Below, piece after piece: positions 46,801 to 55,789 of a DNA stretch of 64,000 bases. The position numbers and the translations under genes were made by a program. Within the stretch, counting starts at the first letter, position 1; every line of letters begins with the position of its first letter. The notes beneath the pieces are model-generated. The model worked only from the letters and a program-made list of their open reading frames with translations, made no database searches and was not told where the DNA came from. Source of the stretch: Candidatus Latescibacterota bacterium (GTDB taxonomy: Bacteria > Latescibacterota > UBA2968 > UBA8231); NCBI GenBank assembly GCA_965221775.1, contig CBDCSU010000006.1, positions 1,888,001-1,952,000 on the forward strand. The letters are read 5' to 3'.

Positions 46801-49501
46801 GCAAGACCACAGAAATGGGCACGATGCGGTCACGTCCGCTGGTTTTGGCGCGTGCAATCTGTGTGGTTGCCCTGTCAATCTCGTGGAGTATCGGCGGGGG
46901 CATACCTTCTCTGGGGAGTCCGGCCGTCCGGATGAGATTGCGGTACCGCTCAAGGTCGCCCGGGTGTCTGTCGATGTACTCCTTTGCGGCGGGTGGGAGG
47001 GGGAGGTCTTGCTCGAGGTGGTCGATTAGGGCAGGGACTCCGATGATGGCAGAGTGCAATTCATCGCATACGATCTCGCGGACGAGTTCGTGGTAGTGAT
47101 TGCGTTCCACGCCGTTGGAGATCTGCGCAGCATCCTCGCGGCTGTCGGAGAAGACGACCAACTTTCGCCTTGCTTCATCGCTTGCTTCTAGCTGATAGAA
47201 TAGTTCCTTGGTAAAGATCTGGCTGACTTTTGAGAAGCCCGTTCTAAAACCACGGACTGGAGACTTCCTGTTATCGCGCCGGCTATAGTCGGTGCTGCAC
47301 GCAGGGCATACGCAAGGGAGTGCCCTGTACTCTTCGTCAGTTCCGTCGGCATCTATCTGGAAGAGGTAGCCTTGTGCCCACTGCTGCGGGTGTCTCTGTG
47401 CATCCTCGTGTGTGGGCCTGACAGCGCCTGTGTAGGCGTTCATGCTGGCCTCCAGCCACCGGGCCGAGGGGGCTTTGCTCTGTTGGGCGTCTCCAAAGCG
47501 GGCCTGGCGCCAGCGTGGAGGCTTGTCATAGTCCTGAGTCCCTTGGGGCCAGAAAACGCCGAACTCCCGGTACGACCTTCGTTCAACAAACCTCGCGGGT
47601 TGTCTCTCCGGAATCCCTTCGATGTCCGGACTGGTGGCGAGAAACTCTAGTGCCCCTGGTGTGTGCAGCTTCTCCCCCCCGAAGAATACGGTCCCGCAGT
47701 GTTCACAGTACAGCAGTTGAAGAATGCGATATCCCTCCTTGGAGAGGATTCTGGTATGGGAATGGAGTTCCCCGACGGGCCTGCCGTCTCGAACTGAGGC
47801 CGAGGGCCTTATTGACGCCCAGAGGCCCTCAATGTTGCGGAAGAAATAGTGGATCCTAAAGGAGGGTATAGTCCGCTTCCGGTGATACCGCTCCATGAGA
47901 GAGCTGGCGATTAGCACGCCCCGGAGTGCGCGGCGAGCTGATAACAGGGGGTGGCCGGGAAAGAGGCGGGTAGCCAAGTCAGGGAGTGAGAGAGCCGTGA
48001 GTGCCCCATCTTTCATGGAGGCATGGAGGAGGTTCAAACTGGGATTGAGAGAGTCGACCGCACTGAAGAAGCCCTCAACTGAGGCCTCAGAGGACAACAT
48101 TCTTGCAGCCTCACTAATGGTAGCGTCAGTCACCTCGGGTGCGTTGGCGAGATGCTCGAAAGGAGCCAGTGGGAGAGTTGCCACCGGCATGGGGGAAGGC
48201 TTCAACTCGCCCTCGATAATGTCCACGGCCTTAGATCCAAAGAAGCCCTCCAAGAACTTCTGGCTCTCGGGATGGTGAGCCTGGAGGGATGCGCTGGAGG
48301 CTAGAATGCGTAGCTGGGGATGGTCGGGATAGAGGCCAAGCCGGAGAAGGAGAAGGCGAAGGAGGTAAGCCACTTCTGCCCCGGCTGTTCCCCTGTACAA
48401 GTGGAGTTCGTCCACAATGAGGTGGAATGTGCGCATACTCCTGGCCTGCTCTCGCTTGCCTTCAGGCAGGTCTTCAGCAGCGAGCCATGCTCGTGTCTTC
48501 TCGAAGATGGGCTCATCCGCCTCGCGCATCATCATGATGCTCAGCATAGAGAAGTTGGTGATGAGGATGTCTGGGGGGTGGTCTTGCATGTCCCATCTAC
48601 TTCTCATTTCGGCACCATGGAGACTTGGGAAGAAGTGGAGGACTTCCGACTCCTTGGGCTTCCTACAGACGTGCTGCCGAGCCGCTTCTGCGGCCACTTC
48701 CGCCTCTTGAAGCCGCTGGCAAAGCGCACGGAGCTTGTCGGTGTTGGGACTCCCTGTCTCGCGGTGTTCGTGGCCAGGTACCGGCGTGGAACTGTTATAC
48801 CTGCCCAAGTAGATGCGGTTCCCTGGGGATTGCACTCGAAACCAAGCGCGGGCTTGGTCTGAGTCGAGAGCTTTCCTCAGACGGGTAAGTTGGTCCTCGA
48901 CCAGCGCATTCATGGGATAGAGGATGAGAGCCCGGACAGCAGGGGTGCGCCTCTCATGCCCTCTCTGTGGAACACGGAAGGATCTGCGGAGCCTATTGCC
49001 GGTCTTACAGCGGTCCTGCCAGTCCAGACTCTTCCACCAATCACTGGTGTGGTCGTGCGGTTTGCTGGCCGAGGGCCATGTCGGAAGTTCCTTGACAAAG
49101 TGGGCAAAGAGAGGTAGCAGAAAGGCCTCGGTCTTTCCTGAGCCAGTGCCTGCGGTGACCACGCAGTGTCTTCCGGAGAGGGAGCGGGATAGCATGGTCG
49201 TCTGGTGGCGATGAAGCTCGTAATCACCCATAAGGCCACACTCTACGAGCGACTTGAAGAGGTGCCGCTGGTGATTGTCGAGGCCAGGGAGATCCTGGGC
49301 CTCAAGAGTTTGGATGGTCTTGCCATCAGTTTGGTACGAGGGAAGGGGCTCAAGCCAAGGTTCGTGGGTCAGCACACCAGGTGACCGAAGGAGTTGGTCG
49401 CGTTCCGCCTCGAGGCTTGGGAAGCGTGTTCCGAATGCGGTCTTTATGTACAAAATGAAGTTATCGCGGATCTTCTCGAAGGCAGCGATGGGGTCAATCA
49501 T
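43814..49501 (-). CDS. Large SF2 DEAD/DEAH helicase with C-terminal DUF1998 (DruE-like)
   Basis: TAGTGSGKTE, LYPMNALVEDQ, VDELH, VFSDSREDAA, TTTMEVGVDIG, QRVGRAGRR, several CxxC, D..PNGAG, CDSACYDCL..Y.N..H..LDW. Confidence 0.9.
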   Translation of the reverse strand: MIDPIAAFEKIRDNFILYIKTAFGTRFPSLEAERDQLLRSPGVLTHEPWLEPLPSYQTDGKTIQTLEAQDLPGLDNHQRHLFKSLVECGLMGDYELHRHQTTMLSRSLSGRHCVVTAGTGSGKTEAFLLPLFAHFVKELPTWPSASKPHDHTSDWWKSLDWQDRCKTGNRLRRSFRVPQRGHERRTPAVRALILYPMNALVEDQLTRLRKALDSDQARAWFRVQSPGNRIYLGRYNSSTPVPGHEHRETGSPNTDKLRALCQRLQEAEVAAEAARQHVCRKPKESEVLHFFPSLHGAEMRSRWDMQDHPPDILITNFSMLSIMMMREADEPIFEKTRAWLAAEDLPEGKREQARSMRTFHLIVDELHLYRGTAGAEVAYLLRLLLLRLGLYPDHPQLRILASSASLQAHHPESQKFLEGFFGSKAVDIIEGELKPSPMPVATLPLAPFEHLANAPEVTDATISEAARMLSSEASVEGFFSAVDSLNPSLNLLHASMKDGALTALSLPDLATRLFPGHPLLSARRALRGVLIASSLMERYHRKRTIPSFRIHYFFRNIEGLWASIRPSASVRDGRPVGELHSHTRILSKEGYRILQLLYCEHCGTVFFGGEKLHTPGALEFLATSPDIEGIPERQPARFVERRSYREFGVFWPQGTQDYDKPPRWRQARFGDAQQSKAPSARWLEASMNAYTGAVRPTHEDAQRHPQQWAQGYLFQIDADGTDEEYRALPCVCPACSTDYSRRDNRKSPVRGFRTGFSKVSQIFTKELFYQLEASDEARRKLVVFSDSREDAAQISNGVERNHYHELVREIVCDELHSAIIGVPALIDHLEQDLPLPPAAKEYIDRHPGDLERYRNLIRTAGLPREGMPPPILHEIDRATTQIARAKTSGRDRIVPISVVLPPPDDLQDCGILIRRLVEHGVNPAGNDLLLQDFLWGEKYHHWTTLFDFEVRTWRQGLPQGAHHARERILHALTVTLCDLFFGRLYFGLEASGLGWMKLRTDPVALSELSAASGLRPQEFVEACDAFVRILGDRFRHEGSEYPQDSYPDYVDCQARIKRYVRQVAKDRGLHEATLGDAIFAALRQGGHHNGVLVARELSVRVTEGDDPVWECPRCARYHLHHSCGICTACHAKLPQTAQRTCRELWAENHLAKAAAEHRPPIRLHCEELTAQTDNQIERQQHFRGIIVDLPGKPRLPQVDEIDALSVTTTMEVGVDIGHLQSVLLANMPPMRFNYQQRVGRAGRRGQAFALVLTLCRGRSHDEHYFSVPERIIGDPPPVPFLTMTQPQIARRLLAKECLRRAFKAAGVRWWHSPRPPDTHGEFGLAIDPDAKVGWPENRNSVETWLVSEKEAQDAVIRALLHDSSEEDLQWLEHTLPKQIQDTHSNPELVGEGLAERLAEAAILPMFGMPSRTRLLYHRLTKDGERTIDRDLELAITEFAPGAQKTKDKAVHTAIGFTPPLYQQGPKWVPFSEEPLPFRRWVQWCRACGHMKTTVHQEPREHCPHCGHPADEDGSYRQFEIVVPQAFRTNLTMGSDAKEDDSLMFSIPATMVEATEEPGRTKLADTNCNRALSAQGTVWRINDNAGQFFRGAVVTTPPPPSDSGRSRGIPPLGHQWIDARYGSDGRDKIALAAAKTTEVLRIAPAAVSKGITLDPAAAHSGLRAAIYSAAFLLQRVLADRFDIDPEEIEVGSVTSHNLDESTTVADIILSDRLPNGAGFVREAYESLAEVLHAIHSPARGSYAEKILLPAHRAACDSACYDCLKVYRNMTYHGLLDWRLALSYLKTLQCPNYRVGLDGDFEAPELHGWPDSAGILRDSLVAHFNDYKPETWADVPGFTVGQRRILVVHPLWDTRRPAGLLADAIVAAGGDVFRYIDTFNLLRRPAYCRSLLAKAVE

Positions 49502-50102
49502 GCGCTCTCCTCACTGTTCACGACCTCGTGCAGATGGACAGGTGCCACTCTTTGGTGGAGCTTGGCAGCGATCATCTCTGAAATCACGGAAGGAACATCC
49601 CGGTAGAGGGTGATCGGGTGCCCTGCGGGTATCGATGCGACCGAGGCTTGTGTTCTTGCAAGAGCGGGAGGCATGCCAGTTGAGAGGGCTGCTGCCCGGG
49701 CAAGAAGGACTGGGAGTGGGGTGGTAGCAGGCACGGCAAGGGTTCGCAATTGGGCGTCGTACAGGAGCACTGTCCGCTCTTGCTCTGCAAGGAGGAGATA
49801 TCGTCCCCAGTCGCGATTGACCTCCGTTGCGGCGGTGTCTTTCCAGAGCCAATGCCGACGTTGCTTGGTGATAGGATTGCGGTACTCTGTGAGCCGGAGG
49901 GAAGGATCAGTGTGTGCCGTTGCTCCGATGAACTTGAGTAGGCCCCCATGGAAGACCCGGAGCGGCCAATTGGGCTCCTGCCGCGGCTCGAAGGAAAGGG
50001 TGCTGGTCACTTGAGGGAGGGTTAGGGAGAGGTGGGCGAGCTTCCAGCCAGCGGGGTGGTCGAGCTCGCATTGAAGCGCGGCTGTCTGCCCGATGGTCGC
50101 TA

Positions 50103-51258
50103 GTGCTCTGTTAAAGAGTGGGCATTGAGTTTTGGACCTTCACCAGCTCCGCATCCGCCTTGTTCCGACATCGCCAGGCGAGGTACTCCTGCATGCGTTG
50201 GCCCACGTCCCGATGGTCCTCCGGGTCGCTGTTCTTGATGACGAAGTAGTGGGCGGCCGTCAGATGGCATTCGAGCCGATTCATCCAGGAGGCGTTGGTG
50301 GCGGTGAAGACGAGGTCGACCTGATGGCGCTGACACCACTGCCGGATCGGTTCGGTCGTGTGCGTCGACAGATTGTCGAGGACGAGGTAGATCCGTCGGG
50401 CCTTGGCGTAACGGCGCCGGATAGCCTTGAGGAAGGTGAGCACCTCCGAGGCGTGCTTCTTGCGCTTGTGATGCATCCACAACTCGTCCTCGTGGACGTT
50501 GTAGGCGCCGAAGAAGTAGCTGACCCCGGCGTGCCGATGGTAGGTGGCCCGATGGCGCACCGGGCGCTTCTGCGGCGCCCACGAGGAGCCGGCATGGGGC
50601 TTGATCTGCACCGGCCCCATCTCGTCGAAGCAGACTACGACCGAGTCCTTCGGCGCCCGCCGGTAGAGTCGGTCGATTCGTTTTTTTTAGCGGCGAAGTC
50701 CGGATCCTTCGACTCCTTCCAGGTACGAGTCCGCTGGTAGGTGACCTTATGCCGGTCCAGGACCTTGGCGATGGTCACGTGCGAGACCTTGGGGATCATC
50801 TGCCGCCCCACCAGATGGTCCGTCAGCTTGCGCAGCGACCACTGGTTGAAGGGTTGGCCGAAGGCCCGAGGGGGCATGGTGGCGATCTCCACCACCACGG
50901 ACTCGTCTTCCGGGGTCAACGCCGGGGGGCGCCCCGGATGGGCTCGCGTGCGAAGCGACGCCAACCCTTCCTCGTTGTATTGGCGCAGCAGTTGGCGCAC
51001 GTACTCCTCGTGCAGGTGCAGCGTCGTCGACAGCTCCTGCACGCGCATCCCCTGAGCGCTGAGGGAGATCAACTGTCCTCGCCGCATCTGCACCGCATTG
51101 CGAGGCCGCTTCAGCCACCGGCTCAGTTCCTTGGATTCCGCGGCGTTCGGGGCTCGAGCATGGAGACACATGGCGGACCCTCCCAGGCAAAATGGCCATA
51201 GGTCCCTATGATACAACGACTTACGGAAAAGTACAAGTCTGAATCCTTAACGGAGCAC
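50103..51258 (-). mobile_element. IS630-family insertion sequence, 1156 bp, TA target duplication (50101-50102 and 51259-51260)
   Basis: Terminal inverted repeats GTGCTC(T/C)GTTAA(A/G)GA; CTAG context at both ends; two-ORF DDE transposase. Confidence 0.93.
50111..51170 (-). CDS. IS630 transposase (HTH orfA + DDE orfB joined by a -1 slip at an A8 run, 50681-50688)
   Basis: orfA: GRPP, WSLRKL, TWKESKDPDF; shifted frame KKRIDRLY..CFDE..VLDN..NRLE. Confidence 0.88.
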
Positions 51259-51664
51259 TAGCGTGCCCTTGTCCACTGCCTCAACGGCAATGCGAGGAGG
51301 CAAGTCGATGCCTGCAATACTCTGAGGATCCTGGTTGAGGCGAGCTAGGGGGCCGACTTGGAGCACTGCCCTTTGAAGGCTCTTTGACGTTTCCGGCACT
51401 CGTGCACCCGTTAACAGGGCCCGCGGTGTGCCTACTCCAGGAAGTAGGACCAGAGTGGGAGGACACATGTGCACCAAGGCACGAGGATAGTCGAATTCGC
51501 AGAAGCCAAGGGCTTCGAAGCACCGCATTACTTGTTGACGCAAATCAATGGTACCCCAGCGGTGGGTGTGTAAGTGAAGTGAGGCTGAACTGCAGACCAT
51601 TCTCAGGATGTTGTTGAACCGCTCGAGGCGGACAGAGGGTGCAGTGCTTATTGCGGAGAGCAGC

Positions 51665-53719
51665 TCAGCGGACACTCTTGGCCACCTCTACATATTCATA
51701 CCATCTGGTACGGAGTTCTCTGAGCTGCGGGGGTGACGTGCGCTTGCGAGCGTGCCAGAGAGCGGTTCTCCACTGCCTGACCAAGGCCTTGTCCTTGTCC
51801 TGCTTAGGCCTTGTCTGCCTGTAGGGGCGCCGCGCCTGCTCGGGGGAGCCGCAGAATACGGCTTTGAGTTGTTTGCGGCCGTCCTTGACAATCGCCCATA
51901 CGGGCATCCACGCGGGCAAGTGATCGTCTGGCCAAACGGCGATCTCGCCGGGGACTGGCCCGATTAGCGTGACGTGTGCAGAAAGATGTAATGGAAGATC
52001 CTGGGGGTACTCGGGGGGACCAGCACCTTGTGGAAAGTGGACGACAGCGCCGTTGGCGTACGGGAGGCAATCCGGGGTTGGCGTACCGGCGGAGTCACGG
52101 CGAAAGGGAGTATAATCGTGTCGTAGGGGGAGATGTGGGCTTTCCAGCCTGATGACTCTGCGAAGAGTCTGATGTTCTGTGCGAGCTTCTATACGTAGGG
52201 GCATCCCTTCCGGCAGGTCATCCTGTATCCGCCAGGTGTGGCTGAGCTCCTCGTCGTGTGCGAGTTCTTGTTTGTCTATGGTGACCGTTTCGTCCCCTAA
52301 CGCGTTCTCAAGGACTATGTGGGGAGGAGCGGTCTTGAGGTACACGTTTCCGCGTCCTGTCTTGATACCGCCCCTTAGGAGTAGCCTGACAGTGGTAGAT
52401 ACTGTGAGAACGTCTACCTCTGGGCATGAGTGGCGAGCGTTCTCGCCCTGATAGAGTGACCAACCGGGAGGTAGACCGTGGGAGGTACTATGTCGCCTGA
52501 AATTGTCGGAGTAGTCCTGTCCCCACTGAGAGACCCTGTCTATGTCCGCGCCTCTGGTCGCGATCAGGAACGGGGTGTTCCGCTGGAGGCGCTGCGTCTC
52601 AACATAGTCTGGAAGGCCGTCGTACTCACCAGGCATGAAGAGTTTGGTTGTAGCTGGGCGTAGCGTAGCAATCCACCCGTTTTCCTCGTCTTGCAGTTGT
52701 TCGCCATTTAGCCAATCGAGGACCGCGCCGTCAAGTTCGTGTGAAGTGACGGATTCGTAGAGCTTCTTAGACCACCCGCCAAGGAGATCTTCGCATGTCC
52801 ACTGGGATTCATCTGGGCTGCGGACGAAGCCGCACCCGTCTGCGGGGAAGGAGGCAGGTGTCCGGATCCGCACCCGGCAGGTAACGCGCTGAGCTAGAGG
52901 ATCATGCTGCAAGCAAAGACGGAGTGCGGCGGTCTTCCTTCGACGCTGAGACCCTGCATCGTCTTCTACGATAGTTCCATCCCAAGCCTCAAGCTCTTCA
53001 AGGACCACCTCAGAGAGAGCATCACGGAGGACATTGCTCTCGGGGTCCCTGGCATCAAGGAGTCGCAGGGTACGTCGATGGAGAAGAGCTCCTCCGTCCT
53101 CTCGCAGGAGACGGAGTATGACTTCCTGGGAAGGGAGATCTAGAGGATCCAGTTTGCGCTCGCTGAGCAAGAGTGGGAGGCGCTTGCGCTCATCTTCTGA
53201 GATGAGGGTTTGGGAGAGGGGCAGGCCGATTCGCCACCACTGTCCGCGGAAGCGGGCGACGAAGCGTCCCAAAGTCTCGTGGTTCTCCTCTCTACTCCAG
53301 TGTTCAAGATCGTCCCAGAGATCGATCATTCGATCGAAAGAGGACGGGGCGCGGGTGTCTCCAGGATGTCCAAGGAGATCGTTTAGCCGGGGGTAGTATG
53401 CGTGAGGGGCATAGTCGCCCTCTATGCCTCCCGCAAGCACGTAAAGGCCGAGATAAGCGATGTATGGAGGGTAGGAAAGGTCTCGATCTCTCCACCCTTC
53501 GAAGGCCTCTAACGCCCTTTGACAGATGCCTGACCGTGTCGTCCAGGGAGGGCCGGCCTTCACTGCGTCGACGAATTCGGCCAACCCGGCGCCGAAGGGT
53601 CCACCTAGTTCCTCGATTAAGGGCTCGTTCACATAGAGCAGGACTTCCTTGGCAGCCTTCTCTTCGGTGAAGAAATGGCTAGCGAGTAGGTCGTTCCATT
53701 GGAGGTAACTGAGCGGCAC
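51665..53719 (-). CDS. 684-aa protein of unknown function, first gene of the defence operon (DruH- or DruF-like)
   Basis: GGAGG RBS; SYLQWND..HFF, PPYIAYL, AYY.RL, LW.DL..W, P.SQ; lower GC; heads an overlapping operon with the DUF1998 helicase. Confidence 0.7.
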   Translation of the reverse strand: MPLSYLQWNDLLASHFFTEEKAAKEVLLYVNEPLIEELGGPFGAGLAEFVDAVKAGPPWTTRSGICQRALEAFEGWRDRDLSYPPYIAYLGLYVLAGGIEGDYAPHAYYPRLNDLLGHPGDTRAPSSFDRMIDLWDDLEHWSREENHETLGRFVARFRGQWWRIGLPLSQTLISEDERKRLPLLLSERKLDPLDLPSQEVILRLLREDGGALLHRRTLRLLDARDPESNVLRDALSEVVLEELEAWDGTIVEDDAGSQRRRKTAALRLCLQHDPLAQRVTCRVRIRTPASFPADGCGFVRSPDESQWTCEDLLGGWSKKLYESVTSHELDGAVLDWLNGEQLQDEENGWIATLRPATTKLFMPGEYDGLPDYVETQRLQRNTPFLIATRGADIDRVSQWGQDYSDNFRRHSTSHGLPPGWSLYQGENARHSCPEVDVLTVSTTVRLLLRGGIKTGRGNVYLKTAPPHIVLENALGDETVTIDKQELAHDEELSHTWRIQDDLPEGMPLRIEARTEHQTLRRVIRLESPHLPLRHDYTPFRRDSAGTPTPDCLPYANGAVVHFPQGAGPPEYPQDLPLHLSAHVTLIGPVPGEIAVWPDDHLPAWMPVWAIVKDGRKQLKAVFCGSPEQARRPYRQTRPKQDKDKALVRQWRTALWHARKRTSPPQLRELRTRWYEYVEVAKSVR

Positions 53720-53861
53720 CCTATCCTCCGGGCCGTACGAGCATTAGTCTCAAACGATTGCCTAGGTAGGGATCTGAAAAGCGATCGGTCAAGGCAGGGG
53801 CATGGGAGATGGGCTTGGCGCGATCAGGAGGATAGCTGGGAGAGCCGCGCAGCCTTGTCCC

Positions 53862-54950
53862 TCACCCGTAGATCCCCCTCAACCGCTGCGCCGCCTCCGC
53901 CTGGTACTGCAGCTTCCGGTAGACTTCGTCCAGATCCACCCGTGCCGCGGACCCCGGGGCGAAGCCGCAGTCGGGGTTGAGGACGATGCGCTCGGCGCCG
54001 ATCACCTCGACGGCCTGCTCGACGCGGTCGACGATCTGGGCGGCGTCGTCGATCTCGCCGGGGTGGACGCTGACGCAGCCGAGGCCGATCTCCAGGTGGT
54101 CGGGCAACTGCTCCAGGACCTCCACGGCGCCGGCGCCGGGGTTGGTGAACTCCAGGGTCAGGTGGTCGGTGTCGAGCTGCTCCAAGGCGGGGACGATGGC
54201 GGCGTAGTCGCCGCTGTGGTAGGCCTCGCCGCGGACGCGGGCGCCGGCGCGGCGGCAGAGGTGCACGGCGCGCACGGCCTCGCCGGCGATGCCCACGAGG
54301 ACCTCGTTGTCCATGTCCACGGAGAAGGCGGCCTCCTCGTCGGCGCCCCAGTCGTCGTCGTCGTAGTGGGCCCGGACCTCGGGATCGACGAGGAGGCACA
54401 GGTGCGGATCGTCCACCTGCACGATGTCGGCGCCGGCCTCCACCACAAGTTCGGCCTCGCGCTGCAGGATCGGGGCCACGGCCTCGGCGAAGGAGCGGGG
54501 GGTGCCGTAGGCATCGGTGGACAGGTCCGCGTCCCACATGCGTTCGGCCAGGAGGGCCGGCGACGGCAGGGCGACCTTGATCAGGCGGTCGGTCAGCGAG
54601 CGGAGGTGTTTGACCTCGGCGGCTATCACCCCCTGGTCGCGGACGGCCACGTCCCCGGCGACCACGGTCCAGGGTCGTCCGTCCTCGGTCTGGCTCACCT
54701 CGAAGCCGTCCGCCAGCTCGGCGATGATGCCGATGTAGGAGGCCCGCCGCCACTCGCCGTCGGAGATCACGTCGAGGCCGGCCGCCTCCTGCACCGAGAC
54801 GGCGTAGGCCACGCCGGCGTCGAGGCGGCGCTGCCAGCCCTTGTCCCGGCGGCCGTCGACGACGATCTCGCGCACGTATCCCGGCCTGGGCAGGGAACCG
54901 ACCACAGACGTGGGAAAGAGGGTGCCGCAGCGCTCCACGAGGGACGGCAT
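53862..54950 (-). CDS. Cobalamin-independent methionine synthase II family protein (single barrel)
   Basis: TSVVGSLPRP, SDGEWRR, QVDDP, HLC..LEF..NPDCGF Zn ligands. Confidence 0.88.
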   Translation of the reverse strand: MPSLVERCGTLFPTSVVGSLPRPGYVREIVVDGRRDKGWQRRLDAGVAYAVSVQEAAGLDVISDGEWRRASYIGIIAELADGFEVSQTEDGRPWTVVAGDVAVRDQGVIAAEVKHLRSLTDRLIKVALPSPALLAERMWDADLSTDAYGTPRSFAEAVAPILQREAELVVEAGADIVQVDDPHLCLLVDPEVRAHYDDDDWGADEEAAFSVDMDNEVLVGIAGEAVRAVHLCRRAGARVRGEAYHSGDYAAIVPALEQLDTDHLTLEFTNPGAGAVEVLEQLPDHLEIGLGCVSVHPGEIDDAAQIVDRVEQAVEVIGAERIVLNPDCGFAPGSAARVDLDEVYRKLQYQAEAAQRLRGIYG

Positions 54951-55711
54951 CAGCCGTACCTCCGCGGCCAGCTCTGGTTGGCCAGGGCGTAGTCCTCCTC
55001 GGTATCGACTTCGGCGTACTCGCCTCCGGTGGTCACCATGTGGAACCTCTCTCCCTGTTCGAGCATGTGCTGGTAGAGATGAATCAGATAGGCCTGGCGG
55101 AAGGTGGATCCGTCCTTCCAGACCTGCCCGTCAAAACGCGCCTGCACCCGGTGGTAGTGGCGTCGCAGGGCGGCGGCGCCGGCGGCGGAGAACCGGGCCA
55201 CGCCGATGTACTCGCCGCAGGCCTCGGATGAGGGCAGCCCGCGGCTGATCTTCAGCACCCGGTCGCCCTCGGCGATGACCTTCTCGGCGTCGTCCTCGGG
55301 GTGCTGGCTGCGGTCGGCGTAGCGCTCGCGCCAGCGGGTGTCGACGCAGAGCACGGCGTCGCCGGGATGGTCGATGGCGCGGCGCACCACCGCGGCCCGG
55401 TAGAGGATGTCGGCGTAGGTGACGAGGAAGCCGCCGTCCATGTGGTCCTCGGCGCACATGAGGGAGGCGAGGATGTTGGTGCTTTTCCAGTCGGGATTGT
55501 GGCGGAAGGTCAGGTGCGGGTAGTCGCCGCGGACCTGGTCGATGCGGTAGCCGCCGATGAAGACGCAGTCGCTGACGCCGGCCTCGCCCAGGGCCTGCAG
55601 CAGCCAGTCGAGGATCCGGCGGCCGCCGATGGGGGCATACGGCTTCGGCTGCTCGTCGGTGAGGGCCTTGAGGCGGCGGCCCCGTCCCGCTCCCAGGATC
55701 AGTGCTCGCAT
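54950..55711 (-). CDS. Phosphocholine/phosphonate cytidylyltransferase family NTP transferase
   Basis: ILGAGRGRRL..PK, YADILY, EYIGV, EVDT.EDY. Confidence 0.85.
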   Translation of the reverse strand: MRALILGAGRGRRLKALTDEQPKPYAPIGGRRILDWLLQALGEAGVSDCVFIGGYRIDQVRGDYPHLTFRHNPDWKSTNILASLMCAEDHMDGGFLVTYADILYRAAVVRRAIDHPGDAVLCVDTRWRERYADRSQHPEDDAEKVIAEGDRVLKISRGLPSSEACGEYIGVARFSAAGAAALRRHYHRVQARFDGQVWKDGSTFRQAYLIHLYQHMLEQGERFHMVTTGGEYAEVDTEEDYALANQSWPRRYG

Positions 55712-55789
55712 GGGGGAACGATACTCCCTGCCCTGCACAGATCCTAACGCGGCCCCGGGGTCATCCGGGTGGGGTACTCCAACACGGGG

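Larger units (their letters stand above)
49498..51675 (-). pseudogene. Druantia-associated 339-aa ORF interrupted by IS630
   Basis: Removing the IS and one TA gives ..DKGTLATIGQTAALQ.. in one continuous 1020-nt frame; it overlaps both neighbouring genes. Confidence 0.85.

Noticed and set aside
43814-49501. DISARM or classical type II R-M assignment
   Set aside because: The helicase and DUF1998 are in one polypeptide; there is no DrmC/DrmD/DrmE-like gene and no recognisable type II restriction endonuclease.
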